Assembly: GCA_000092065.1 (NCBI GenBank) | Contig: CP000583.1 | Length of the DNA stretch: 64,000 nt | Origin: Ostreococcus lucimarinus | Taxonomy: Eukaryota | Reading direction: 5' to 3' (one strand) | Part shown: piece by piece, positions 40,117-50,454 of the stretch | How the letters are laid out: each line of letters opens with the position of its first letter | Position numbering within the stretch: position 1 is the stretch's first letter | Notes under the pieces: generated by a model | What the model was told of the DNA's origin: nothing | Databases searched by the model: none | Seen by the model: the letters and a program-made list of their open reading frames with translations, nothing else | Made by a program: the position numbers and the translations under genes

Positions 40117-40270
40117 TCGATTCGATTCGCGTCTCGTCTCGAGCGCCGACTCGAGGCTGACTCAGCACGGTCGTGCCGACACGCTTTGCAATAATCCACG
40201 CGCGAGTTCGTCACAAACGCGCGCGTCTCACGCACGTTCGAACGCGCGAACGCTCAAATCCACGAAAAAG

Positions 40271-40696
40271 ATGTTCTCTCTGTCCTCTACCGCCGCTCTC
40301 GCCCGCGCGCGCGTCTCGGCGCCGCGTAAAACCGCGCGAAAGTTGACGATTCGCGCCTCCGTCAACTACATTCTCGATCGCGAGGGATGTTCGAGCGCGC
40401 GGTCCGACGACGACGGCGCGCTGCTCCAGACGGCGGCGAAGACGTGCCTGGCGGTTCCGATCGACGTGAACGCGCTCGTGGCGCAAAATAAGGGTGACTT
40501 GGAGTTTGAGAACGAGCAGTTGAAGTTTGAGCTCGACGACTCGAGCGCGCTCGTCGTGCAATCGCTCAAAGGCAAAACTCTGATCGACGGGAAAGCGGCG
40601 CCCAAGGGACGAAAATTGAAACTTCGCGCGGGATCGAAGATTAAGATCGCCGACGAGGAATTCACGGTGTATCGAAACACGCACGCGCACGCGTGA
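40271..40696 (+). CDS. Small FHA-domain-like protein with presequence
   Basis: A 141-aa ORF starts MFSLSSTAALARARVSAPRK… It ends with FHA-like strands (…LKGKTLIDGKAAPKGRKLKLRAGSKIKIADEEFTVYR). Confidence 0.4.
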   Translation: MFSLSSTAALARARVSAPRKTARKLTIRASVNYILDREGCSSARSDDDGALLQTAAKTCLAVPIDVNALVAQNKGDLEFENEQLKFELDDSSALVVQSLKGKTLIDGKAAPKGRKLKLRAGSKIKIADEEFTVYRNTHAHA

Positions 40697-40996
40697 GACG
40701 CGAGTCGCCGAACGCGAGTCGCCGAACGCGAATCGAATCAAGACCACACTCTTTGACTCCGCACCTTTTATCGTTGTACCATCGCTGTATAGCTACTAAC
40801 TCTGTTGTAAAACACGAGCGGACCTTACTCGATCACTCAAGTGCTCCACCGCGGATCCGGGGCGTGTGCGGCCGTCGGCGAATGGCGAAAGAATATAAAT
40901 GAATACGTATTAAAATCGATTCGAGTCAATTCATTAATAGGCCAGTTCGGGCTGGTCCACGTACTAATCAAATAATAAGATTTTTACAAGGGGCGT

Positions 40997-42814
40997 TCAG
41001 ACGCGCAGGACTTTGACGACGCCGTTTGAGTTCGCGGCGACGAGCACGGATTCATCGCTTCGCCACGCGCACGCGCTGATGAAACCGCGAGGTTCGTTCG
41101 CGTCCCGAGCGAACCCGATGGACGCGATGGGCGACGAAAGATCCTTGCGGTAAATGAATACCTCGTTCGTTTCGCTCCCGCACGCGACGTGGTCGCCGAC
41201 GGCGGTGAGGCCGACAAAGTTTCGTTCGTTGACGTGTCCTTTGAGCGCGCACGTGAGTTCGCCTGTGTTGACGTTCCACACGTTGATGGTGTTATCCGTC
41301 GATGCGCTCGCGATTTCGTTGGCGTTGAGGTACTTGACGTAACTGACCGCCTTGCGATGGCTGTCGAGGATTTGCACCGGCTCGGCCAAGCGTCGCAAAT
41401 CAAAAATATACACCTTTTGGTCGACGCAACCGACCGCGATGCAATGCGCGTTCTCGGGTGAATACTGCGCACAGCAGACGTTCGCTTTCATGTCGATCTC
41501 GTGCACGCTGTTCGGTTGATCGGTGTTCCAAATCTTCACCAAGTAATCATCCGAGCCACTCACTAAAAGTCGCGGATCCGTGCGACAGTAGTCAACGGTC
41601 CAGATTCGCTTTTCATGCTCCTCAAAATCTATGATGCTGCACTTTTTCTCGACATCCCACACCGAAACGACACCTTCGTAATCACTCGCCGCTATGTGAT
41701 GCTTAACAAACTTGTTGTAAGACAAGCACGTCAGCTTGGACCGAGTGTTGATTTCATCCGCGGGTTGCTGTGACCCCTCGAGCACGTGCTCGAGGTTGTA
41801 AAACTGAATTCGTTTGGACACACCTGCGGTAGCGAAGTACTCTTGCGTCGAATCGAACTCAATGCTGCTGACGGGCGCGCCTGGGTTTGACGCGTCTTCT
41901 TCGCCGCGAATCTCCGCCGCGATGGAAATGTTCGAGTATCGTTTAAACGTGTCAATAATCGTCGAAAACTCCTCCATAGTCGTCGAGTCCGGGGCGTACC
42001 CTCGACCACCATTGAGCGCGCTACCACTCGACTTACCACCATCGCTGGTGACATCGTCTCGTTCTGCGCTTCTTCTCTTGGAATACCAGCTCTGCAATTC
42101 GCTAAACTGCCTCAACACTCTGCGTCGCTTCGACTCGTCGATGACGATTTGCGACTCACCCGGCCGCGTCAAACCCAGCGCTTCCATCGCGTGCGCGATC
42201 ACTTCTTTATCGTGCAAATCACTACGTTCGTGCGACACTCGTGCACCGCCACCCAAGGCCTCAATTTCCCTTCGCACCGCGTCGATGTCGGCGTCTAAAC
42301 ACCTCAACTCTCGCTCGAGCGCCACCGCGCTCGCCTGCTTCCTCGCTCGGCTCTCTACTAAGAACTCCTTCAACACCTCTCGCGACACTGCGCGTGATTC
42401 CAGCACCAAACTTCGATGTTTCTCGCTCAAAGTCTTCACCAAAGGTGTCAATCGTTCCAAATCGTCTTCGCCGTCCTCGGCGCTCGTCGAAGCCGCCGCC
42501 GCTTCGCTCGCCCCTGACTTCATAGCCGCAACCATCGCGTTCACCGCCGCATTTGGCACTAACTGTGCGCTGGTAAACATCGACGAGCATGTCGGGCACC
42601 GAGCGCTCACCCCGGCGTCCGCGCCGCCGTCTCGGGGCGCCGCCGCCGCCGCGTCGAGCGCCGCGCTCGCGCACCCGTGACAAAACGTGTGTCCGCACGT
42701 CGCCACGCAGTGCGCGTCCGTGAACGGTTCGAGACATATCGGACACGTAACGTGTGCGAGCATTGCTGACGTCGCGCGCGCGTGCGCGCCTCGCGGTAGC
42801 GTTAACGCCGACAT
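40997..42814 (-). CDS. COP1/RFWD2-like E3 ubiquitin ligase (RING, coiled coil, WD40)
   Basis: RING CPICLEPFTDAHCVATCGHTFCHGCA…CPTC is present. A coiled-coil region and C-terminal WD40 repeats (…LVSGSDDYLVKIWN…) follow. ATG at 42814. Confidence 0.8.
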   Translation of the reverse strand: MSALTLPRGAHARATSAMLAHVTCPICLEPFTDAHCVATCGHTFCHGCASAALDAAAAAPRDGGADAGVSARCPTCSSMFTSAQLVPNAAVNAMVAAMKSGASEAAAASTSAEDGEDDLERLTPLVKTLSEKHRSLVLESRAVSREVLKEFLVESRARKQASAVALERELRCLDADIDAVRREIEALGGGARVSHERSDLHDKEVIAHAMEALGLTRPGESQIVIDESKRRRVLRQFSELQSWYSKRRSAERDDVTSDGGKSSGSALNGGRGYAPDSTTMEEFSTIIDTFKRYSNISIAAEIRGEEDASNPGAPVSSIEFDSTQEYFATAGVSKRIQFYNLEHVLEGSQQPADEINTRSKLTCLSYNKFVKHHIAASDYEGVVSVWDVEKKCSIIDFEEHEKRIWTVDYCRTDPRLLVSGSDDYLVKIWNTDQPNSVHEIDMKANVCCAQYSPENAHCIAVGCVDQKVYIFDLRRLAEPVQILDSHRKAVSYVKYLNANEIASASTDNTINVWNVNTGELTCALKGHVNERNFVGLTAVGDHVACGSETNEVFIYRKDLSSPIASIGFARDANEPRGFISACAWRSDESVLVAANSNGVVKVLRV

Positions 42815-43110
42815 GCGCTCACGCTGACGTCACACGAATCACGTCAGAGATATCCGACGTGCGCGTCGCGTTCTAGCGTCTGTGAAGCGTGTGCGCGCGC
42901 TCGAAGCGGCGCACGTTCGTGTTTGGACGCACTCAAACGCGCTCGAGCGTCGCGTTCGAGGCGCGCGGCGAGGTTTGAGGCTGTGCTCACACTCGCCGCC
43001 GTCGCGACGCTTTTTCGTCGACGCGACGCGGTTGTGACTAGGCTACGCTCGCTACATCATACGCTATTGGTGCTAGGACACACTACGATGCGCGCGGTAA
43101 ACGGAATATA

Positions 43111-44247
43111 TCAACGAGGAATCTTCCTGCACTCGACCAATCGATCGCGGATGTCGTCCCAAAATGCTGCCTCCTCGGCGTCTGCGTCTGCGTCGACGCC
43201 GCGCTCGCGAATAAGCTCGAACCTACTGTCACGACGGTAAGCGACGGATGCGAACGTGATCGTTCGCGTTCGCACCTTCGTGCCTTCGCTTCTGTGGATG
43301 CTCTCCACGATGTCTGGGCGTACCCAATCCGCACCGAGACGCAGGACACCCTTGAATCGCGCGACGTCGACGCGTCGCAACACAAACTCTTCAAAAAACG
43401 CCTTCAACTTCGGTCGCACGAAGACGTCGTCGACGTGAAACGCGTATCCACACGAGGCGTATCGATCACTTTCCTGCTTCACCATCCAAGGCGGCGCGTT
43501 GGCGGTGAGGCGCGGCTCCAAAGTGAACGGTCTCGAGCTCGTCGTCGTCGTCGTCGTCGTCGTCGCCTCGGTCGGGAGCTCGCTCGGCTCCCACCCGCAT
43601 CGACCATCGAGAAGCGCCAAATCCATCCCATTCGCGCGATCACGCGCCAAAAACACAGCACTCTTCTTCGGCCAAAACCCACGCCCGAACGCCAAGAACG
43701 CCTCCACCTCTGCCTCGCTCGCGGCGTCCGCGAACGACCCGCACATCGCGTCTGCGCACTCCGTCTGCGCCTTGAACAATTCCGACCGCAACACCGCCGC
43801 TTTCCCTTCGTCTTCCCCGAAAACCCGCACATCGACCACACAAATCGTCGCTCGCACGTCCACGCTCGCTTCCAGGTGTTCCGATCGCAGCGCGTCGATC
43901 ACGCGTCCCGCGTCGCCCATCCCGCTCGGCTCCACGAGCACGCGCGCCGGTCGATACCGCCGCAGCACCTGCGTCACCGCCACCACGAACGGCGCCGCCG
44001 TCGCGCAGCACGCGCACCCTCCCGACACCTCTCGAACGATCGTCCTCCCACTCGCGTCCGCGTCGCGCTCGCGCGTTCCCACCGCGTCATCGAGCAGCGC
44101 CCCGTCGATGCCCAGCGCACCGAAATCGTTCACCACCACCGCCCACGTCTCGTTCGCCGGCTTCGCGCTCGCCAGCGCGCGCAGAACGTGCGTCGTCTTC
44201 CCCGCGCCGAGCGCGCCGGTGATGACGTTCACCGGCGTGCGCGCCAT
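43111..44247 (-). CDS. CobW/COG0523-family GTPase (zinc metallochaperone-like)
   Basis: GALGAGKTT, VNDFG and SGGCACC (CxCC) motifs and a CobW_C-like C-terminus are present. There is an internal poly-Thr from (GTC)n. ATG at 44247. Confidence 0.75.
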   Translation of the reverse strand: MARTPVNVITGALGAGKTTHVLRALASAKPANETWAVVVNDFGALGIDGALLDDAVGTRERDADASGRTIVREVSGGCACCATAAPFVVAVTQVLRRYRPARVLVEPSGMGDAGRVIDALRSEHLEASVDVRATICVVDVRVFGEDEGKAAVLRSELFKAQTECADAMCGSFADAASEAEVEAFLAFGRGFWPKKSAVFLARDRANGMDLALLDGRCGWEPSELPTEATTTTTTTTSSRPFTLEPRLTANAPPWMVKQESDRYASCGYAFHVDDVFVRPKLKAFFEEFVLRRVDVARFKGVLRLGADWVRPDIVESIHRSEGTKVRTRTITFASVAYRRDSRFELIRERGVDADADAEEAAFWDDIRDRLVECRKIPR

Positions 44248-44297
44248 GCGTCGTCGAGTGTCACCGCGCGCGCCTCGCTCGGCACGCCTCGGCGCGC

Positions 44298-45221
44298 ATG
44301 CGCGTCGCCGCCGCCGCGGCCGCGGACGCGCGCGCCGCGTGCGTCTCCACGATGTGCCCGCGGATCGACGACGCGCTGCGCGGGGGCGTGCGCGCGCGCC
44401 ACGTGACGGAGATCGCGGGCGAGAGCGCGAGCGCGAAGACGACGCTGTGCGCGCAGCTCGCGGTGCGCGCGACCGCGCGCGGCGGCGCGGCGGTGTACGT
44501 GCACACCGACGGGCCGGCGCCGACGGCGCTGATGCGACGGATCGCGTCGTCGGCGCGGTTCGTCGCGGAAGCGTGCGACGGGGACGAAGACGCGGCGACG
44601 GCGGCGCTGGAGCGCGTGTACGTGGTCAAGGCGCTGGGCGACGCGGACGCGCTGCGAGAGACGCTGACGGCGGTCAGCGCGGTCCTCAGAGCGCCGGTGA
44701 GCGAAGACGCGGTGGTGAGGATGATCGTGGTGGATTCGATCGCGGCGCCGTTTCGAGACGACGCGACGAACGGAGGATGGACGTACGCGGCGAAACGGGC
44801 GGGCGCGCTGCACAAGTTGACGATGCTGTTGAAGGAGTACGCGACGAAACACGACGTGGCGGTCGTCGTGACGAATCACGTGGTGGATAGCGTGAGAGAA
44901 AATGGAACCGGAGCGCACGGTGACGGCGCCGTGGCGACGCGGGCGATGGGGGAGTTCACGACGAGCGGACGACGAGTGGTGCCGGCGCTCGGTTTGATGT
45001 GGTCGAATTGCGTCAACGCGCGATTGTTTCTCACGAGACGCGCGACGCGCGGTCAAGGGTACGTCGTGGGCGGTGATGACGGCGATGATGGAAACGCGGG
45101 CGTCGCGCGGACGTTACACGTCGTGTACGCGCCGCATTTGCCCGAGTCGAGCGTCGATTTCGTCGTGCGCGAAGACGGCGCGTGGGACGTCGCCGCGCCG
45201 CGCCCGCGCGCCGTGGCCTAG
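44298..45221 (+). CDS. RAD51 paralogue (XRCC3/RAD51C-like RecA-fold ATPase)
   Basis: Walker A GESASAKTT and Walker B MIVVDSIAAPFR are present in a RecA-like core. ATG at 44298, 50 bp from the divergent CobW start. Confidence 0.65.
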   Translation: MRVAAAAAADARAACVSTMCPRIDDALRGGVRARHVTEIAGESASAKTTLCAQLAVRATARGGAAVYVHTDGPAPTALMRRIASSARFVAEACDGDEDAATAALERVYVVKALGDADALRETLTAVSAVLRAPVSEDAVVRMIVVDSIAAPFRDDATNGGWTYAAKRAGALHKLTMLLKEYATKHDVAVVVTNHVVDSVRENGTGAHGDGAVATRAMGEFTTSGRRVVPALGLMWSNCVNARLFLTRRATRGQGYVVGGDDGDDGNAGVARTLHVVYAPHLPESSVDFVVREDGAWDVAAPRPRAVA

Positions 45222-45265
45222 CGCACGCGTACCGCGCGCTACGCGCGGCGCGTGTACGATAGTAG

Positions 45266-45350
45266 TGAATGAATGAATGAATGTGTTAGCGAATGATTGT
45301 ATTTTTATCGTCGGATTGACGAACGAACGAACGAACGAACGACCGAACGC
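45266..45350. repeat. (GAAT)4 followed by (GAACGAAC)n simple repeats upstream of UBA3
   Basis: Read directly from the sequence. Confidence 0.7.
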
Positions 45351-45435
45351 GTTCGCGTCGGTTACGCCGCACTCTCACCCTCGACGTTCCAAAATTCCTC
45401 TCGACGCCCCCGCCGTCGAGCCTCCCGCCGAGGCG

Positions 45436-46825
45436 ATGTCTCGCCTCGACGTCGATTTCTGCGTCGACGAACGCGCGCGCTGGCGCTCCATCGACGCGCT
45501 TTTACTTCGCCGTGGGAGATTCACCGGTCCAGATTTTGAGCCGGGAGAAGACGTCGCGCGCGTGCTCCGCGAGCACGTCCGCGTGCTCGTCGTCGGCGCC
45601 GGAGGACTCGGGTGTGAACTGTTGAAAGGGCTCGGTGCGTGACGACGGCGCGAGAGACGCGCGGACGTTGGTGGTGATGAAGGACGCGCGACTGACGAGA
45701 CGAACGCGACGACGCCGCGCAGCGCTGAGCGGATTCACGACTCTGGACGTGATCGATATGGACACGATCGACGTGACGAATTTAAATAGACAGTTTTTGT
45801 TTCGCGCGGAGGACGTGGGGAAGAGTAAGGCGGAGACGGCGGCGAGACGAGTGCGGGAACGCGTGCGCGGGTGCGCGGTGAACGCGCATCACGGACGAAT
45901 AGAAGAGAAAGAGGATGGGTGGTATAAACAGTTTGATATCATCGCTCTGGGATTGGATTCTCTGGAAGCGCGGGCATACATCAACGCGGTGTGCTGTGGG
46001 TTCTTGGATTACGACGAGGATGGGAACGTGGATCCGGCGACGATTAAACCGCTCGTGGACGGCGGTACGGAGGGATTCAAGGGACACGCGCGCGTCATCG
46101 TTCCGGGAATGACACCGTGTTTCAATTGCACAATGTGGCTGTTCCCTCCGCAAACGACGTTTCCGTTGTGCACGCTGGCAGAGACGCCGAGGAACGCAGC
46201 GCACTGCATTGAATACGCAAAATTAATTCAGTGGCCGGCGGAGCGATACGGGGAGACGTTTGACGCGGATGTCGTCGAGCACATGACGTGGGTGTACACG
46301 AAAGCGCTCAAACGCGCCGAGACATTTGGTATTCCAGGCGTAACGTACGCTCACACGCAAGGTGTGACGAAGAACATCATTCCGGCGATTCCTAGCACGA
46401 ACGCAATCATAGCCGCGGCGTGCGTCATCGAAACGTTGAAAATGGCGACGATGTGCGCCAAGGGAATGAACAATTACATGATGTACGTGGGCACGGATGG
46501 TGTGTACTCGCACACTGTGGAGTACGAACGCGATCCATCGTGCGTGGTGTGCTCACCCGGGATCGCTCACGCGTTGAACGCGAACGCGACACTCGAAGAA
46601 TTCATGGCTTCCATCGTCGCCGCGTATCCAGATTCTCTCGCCGAACCGAGCGTGAGTTTCGGCGGGAAAAATCTGTACTTGCGCGGCGTGCTCGAGTCCG
46701 AATTCGCGGAAAACTTGAATAAACCTATGATTGAGCTCATGAATGGGCGCAAAGAAGGCTTAGTCGTGGTGAATGACAAGAAAATGAAGAAGACGTCGAT
46801 GCGGTTGCGACTGTCGTTAAAATGA
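45436..46825 (+). CDS. NEDD8-activating enzyme E1 catalytic subunit (UBA3); exons 45436-45634 and 45723-46825
   Basis: Exon 1 is …FTGPDFEPGEDVARVLREHVRVLVVGAGGLGCELLKGL. Donor g|GTGCGTGA and an 88-nt intron (acceptor gcgcAG) follow. Exon 2 is ALSGFTTLDVIDMDTIDVTNLNRQFLFR…PLVDGGTEGFKGHARVIVPGMTPCFNCT… The spliced junction LLKGLALSGF matches human UBA3 exactly. Confidence 0.85.
45635..45722 (+). other. Intron (GTGCGT donor, CAG acceptor), phase 1
   Basis: Splicing gives the conserved LLKGLALSGF junction. Confidence 0.7.
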
Positions 46826-46856
46826 TAGAAATGTGATTTGAATAGCAATACAGTGA

Positions 46857-49082
46857 CTAAGGGTTAAGCTCTGCGTGCGATTCTTCTATGAACGCCATCG
46901 CCTTTTTCACACTAGCCGCGTCTCCATCGAAATACTTCGAGAGGCCTGCCTCGATGCTCTTTCGATACTCGCCGAGCCCCTCGATTTCCCAAGCGTCGTC
47001 AGCCTCTTTAATCTCTTCTTTCGCGTCCGGATTTTCCAAATCTTTCCCAGAAGGATCGTCCTCGCTAACAACAGTAACGTTCATACCGCTAGAGTTCGTC
47101 TTCTCGGCGAAACCTCCGTTCATCGTCGACGCCTCGAGCGCTTTCATGTCGACGACGCCTTCTTCGAAGAGTGTGACGTTTTCGACGCCGTAGTACTCGT
47201 GATGACCAATTCGACAGCACCAGATGCCCATTCTGATCTGTTTCGCATTTTCCGCTTGCTTGGACGTCGTCGCGCCGATGATGGTATCAAAGTGTAAAAA
47301 CTTTACGTCTCGCGCCGACTCTAGCGACTTCGCCAGCGCGTCGAGTGACTCCGCCGCCGCCGTCAACTTGATGCTCGGCGCCGAGCGGAACACTTCATTT
47401 CTCGCCGGCACACACGCATCACCGGCAGGGCTGACGATTGCGCCCGTCTTTGGGTCACGTCGATGGAAGCACATACCGTACTCTTCGGGAATGAGTGTCG
47501 TCTTCGAGAAAGAGACAGTTGGCGGAACTTCGACGCGACGCACGTTGTCCGCGGACACTGCGCCTGCAGGCATGTGTGGATGACCCAAGAAGGCGTACTC
47601 ACGGTACTCTTTCATGAAATCGCCGCCATAACTCTCCATCCCCATAACGTGATCACCAGGGCAAATGAATGGCAAGCCGAGCATGGAACCCGGGAAGCGA
47701 CCGGCGTGGGGAAACCAAACGCGATCCAACCCGCAAAAGAATGGCGGCAAAATCACCACTCTCCCCAGATTTTTGGCGATCGCCACGGCTTCGTAAAGCT
47801 GCGCAATTTGGTGTTGCACCAGTCGCATGTGCTCCAAAACTACGTGTTCACCCTGTTTCAACGTCTCGAACGCGCCATCAGGCGAAGGGTATCCGCGTTG
47901 TGCAAACTCTTGCAAGTCGACGTCGGAGAGCACGCGAGGCGTGTACGAGAGGAACTTTTGATCGAAATACGACGGATCATCGCGATCTCCGAGCCACTGA
48001 TTCGCCTCTCGCATGCGATTCCGCTTACCTGGGGTACCATCGTACTGGAAAGTCGCGTGCATAGCGTACGGGTTCACGTTGATGAGTTCCGGAAGGCGTT
48101 GCGTAAAGTACGTGTGCCCGTTGTTGAACAACGCCACGGGAAGCGTGCCCATTTGTACTTTACCCTCGTACGCCGAGCCGACGCCGGACCCATCCGGTGA
48201 CGGCGTACCGCACCCACCACGCTGAACCAAAGTATTAAATTCCGCCTGATCCCAAATCTTTTCATCTTTCTCGAGATTACGCACCCATTCGCCCGTGAGT
48301 TGCTGACTCGCCTCCGTCGCCCGAAACCACATCATCCCGATGTTTACCGTCCCCGCGCACGGCGTCGACTCCAACCCTTCACCGTCGACCATGTGCGATA
48401 TTTGCCTCGCATCCTGATGCGTTCTATTTTGCAAGTTATCCGTGCTCACCAGGATGTCCGCCTTGGGATATCGTCGAAAGAATGGAATCGGATTTCTCAA
48501 CCACGCGACGTCGATGTCCGAAATCAACACGTCCACCCCAGTCTTCGTGAAATCATGAATCAAACGTATCTTATCCCGTCCCATCTTATGAAAATTCTTC
48601 GACCCCCACCCAAAATCCTTCTTCACCGCGTCCGCGTCGATCGATTTCGACCCCATCAGCCACGTGTTGACGCCGATTTTCCGCAGCGCCGCGTACAGCT
48701 CCTCGTCCATCGCCCCGATCAAGTAATTCGTCACCTCCAGCGCGTCCAGGTGGCTCAAAAAATTCAGCGCGAAATCGTAGTAGTGCATGTTCGCCCACGT
48801 CACGATCACCGCCCCGTCGACGGCGACGCGGTCGACCAGTTCCTTCGATATCCCCGTGCTCAGGTGTTCGCGGTGCGTCGCCGTCGACGCCCCCGCGGGC
48901 GCTCTCGCCCGCAGCGCTCGCGCGTGCGCGCGCGGCGCTCGCGCGTCGCGCCCGCGATTTCCATCGCTCAGATCGCGCGCCGCGTCTCCGCGCGCGACGC
49001 ACCGCGCCGCCGCGACGACGATCGCGATCGCCAAACCAATCGCCCGCGCCCGCGTCGCCCTCGCGCGCGTCCACCGCGCCAT
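46857..49082 (-). CDS. Type-II membrane glycosyltransferase (nucleotide-diphospho-sugar transferase/GT77-like domain) with an additional C-terminal domain
   Basis: A signal anchor MARWTRARATRARAIGLAIAIVVAAARCVA is present. The Nucleotid_trans-like region is …VIVTWANMHYYDFALNFLSHL…DVLISDIDVAWLRNP…ILVSTD… A second domain of about 350 aa (…VVILPPFFCGLDRVWFPH…) is present. ATG at 49082. The ORF-track N-terminal 319 aa are antisense to the GTPase gene and rejected. Confidence 0.65.
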   Translation of the reverse strand: MARWTRARATRARAIGLAIAIVVAAARCVARGDAARDLSDGNRGRDARAPRAHARALRARAPAGASTATHREHLSTGISKELVDRVAVDGAVIVTWANMHYYDFALNFLSHLDALEVTNYLIGAMDEELYAALRKIGVNTWLMGSKSIDADAVKKDFGWGSKNFHKMGRDKIRLIHDFTKTGVDVLISDIDVAWLRNPIPFFRRYPKADILVSTDNLQNRTHQDARQISHMVDGEGLESTPCAGTVNIGMMWFRATEASQQLTGEWVRNLEKDEKIWDQAEFNTLVQRGGCGTPSPDGSGVGSAYEGKVQMGTLPVALFNNGHTYFTQRLPELINVNPYAMHATFQYDGTPGKRNRMREANQWLGDRDDPSYFDQKFLSYTPRVLSDVDLQEFAQRGYPSPDGAFETLKQGEHVVLEHMRLVQHQIAQLYEAVAIAKNLGRVVILPPFFCGLDRVWFPHAGRFPGSMLGLPFICPGDHVMGMESYGGDFMKEYREYAFLGHPHMPAGAVSADNVRRVEVPPTVSFSKTTLIPEEYGMCFHRRDPKTGAIVSPAGDACVPARNEVFRSAPSIKLTAAAESLDALAKSLESARDVKFLHFDTIIGATTSKQAENAKQIRMGIWCCRIGHHEYYGVENVTLFEEGVVDMKALEASTMNGGFAEKTNSSGMNVTVVSEDDPSGKDLENPDAKEEIKEADDAWEIEGLGEYRKSIEAGLSKYFDGDAASVKKAMAFIEESHAELNP

Positions 49083-49247
49083 CGCGCCTCTATCGCGCGC
49101 GCGCGCGTCGCGCCGCGCGCGATCGCGCCTCGCCGCGCCTCGCGCCTCGCCTCGCGCGTCGCGCGCGACGCGCGCGGCGTCGCGAAGTCTCGCGGCGCGC
49201 GTCGTCGTGCGTCGTCGAATCCTTCGTCCCGCACACGCGCGCGCGCG

Positions 49248-50357
49248 ATGCGCGTCGCGTTCCCTCGCGCGCGCGCGCTCGCGCTCGCGAAGACGCCCTC
49301 CGATCGAGCGCGCGCGTCGTCGTCGTCGCGCGCGCTCGCGTCGCGTCGCGATCCGCGCGCGCGATTCGCCGCCGCCGCCGGCGCGCGCGAGCCGACGCGA
49401 CGCGACGCGAGCGCGCGCGCGCGCGAGCCGACGCGACGCGTCGAGGACGCCGAGGACGCGAACGCGCGTCGCATCGCGAGCGCTGGGAGCGTGCGCCTGG
49501 TGCAGTGGTACCCGGGGCACATCGCGCGCGCGGAGCGACTGCTCAAGGCGCAGCTCAAGGGCGTGGACGCGGTGCTGGAGGTGCGAGACGCGCGATTGCC
49601 GCTCGCGACGAGTCACCCGGAGATCGCGAGCTGGTGCGGAGATAAGATGCGAATCGTGGTGCTGAATCGAGCGGACATGGTGAGCGACGGGGAGCGAGCG
49701 CGATGGGTGAGTCATCTGAAGAGGGAGGGAGAGACGAGGGTGGTGCTGACGGACGCGCGAGCGGGGAAGGGGACGCGAAGGGTGAAAGAGATGGCGATGG
49801 AGATGAGCGAGGAGATAAACGCGAAGAGAGCGGCGAAGGGGTTGCTGCCGCGACCGGTGCGAGCGGCGGTGGTGGGGTACCCGAACGTGGGGAAGAGCGC
49901 GTTGATAAATAGGCTGGTGGGGAAGGCGGCGTGCGCGAGCGCGCCGAGACCGGGAGTGACGAGAGATTTGCGGTGGGTGCGCATCGGGGGGGATTTGGAT
50001 CTTTTGGACGCACCGGGGGTGCTGCCGGCGCGCATGCACGATCAGCGCGCGGCGTCGCGGTTGGCGATGGCGAACGACATCGGCGAGGCGAGTTACATCG
50101 CGAGTTCCATGGCGGCGGCGATGATCGAAGAGCTGAAACGTTTGCCGACGTGGAAATCAATCAGACCGGGAATCATCAAAAGATTTAAAGACGAACGCGT
50201 GGACGACATGACTGGAGAGGAATTCGTGCAGTATTTCGCCGATAAGACGTGCGGCGGCGACGTCGAGCGCGCGGGGACGCGAATGCTAAACGACTTTCGC
50301 GGAGGGCACATCGGGAACTTTTGCTTAGAATTGCCGCCGTCGGCGGACGGTTCTTAA
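49248..50357 (+). CDS. Circularly permuted ribosome-biogenesis GTPase (RbgA/YlqF/MTG1-like), organelle-targeted
   Basis: Permuted G motifs occur in the order LNRADM (G4), GYPNVGKSALIN (G1) and DAPG (G3). ATG at 49248. Confidence 0.8.
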   Translation: MRVAFPRARALALAKTPSDRARASSSSRALASRRDPRARFAAAAGAREPTRRDASARAREPTRRVEDAEDANARRIASAGSVRLVQWYPGHIARAERLLKAQLKGVDAVLEVRDARLPLATSHPEIASWCGDKMRIVVLNRADMVSDGERARWVSHLKREGETRVVLTDARAGKGTRRVKEMAMEMSEEINAKRAAKGLLPRPVRAAVVGYPNVGKSALINRLVGKAACASAPRPGVTRDLRWVRIGGDLDLLDAPGVLPARMHDQRAASRLAMANDIGEASYIASSMAAAMIEELKRLPTWKSIRPGIIKRFKDERVDDMTGEEFVQYFADKTCGGDVERAGTRMLNDFRGGHIGNFCLELPPSADGS

Positions 50358-50454
50358 ACACATTCAACGCATCATCGCATCACACCGATAGAGCTGTATA
50401 ATTTATGTGCTACATTTTTGACTTCATTCGACTTCACATTCTCTTCGCGACGCC

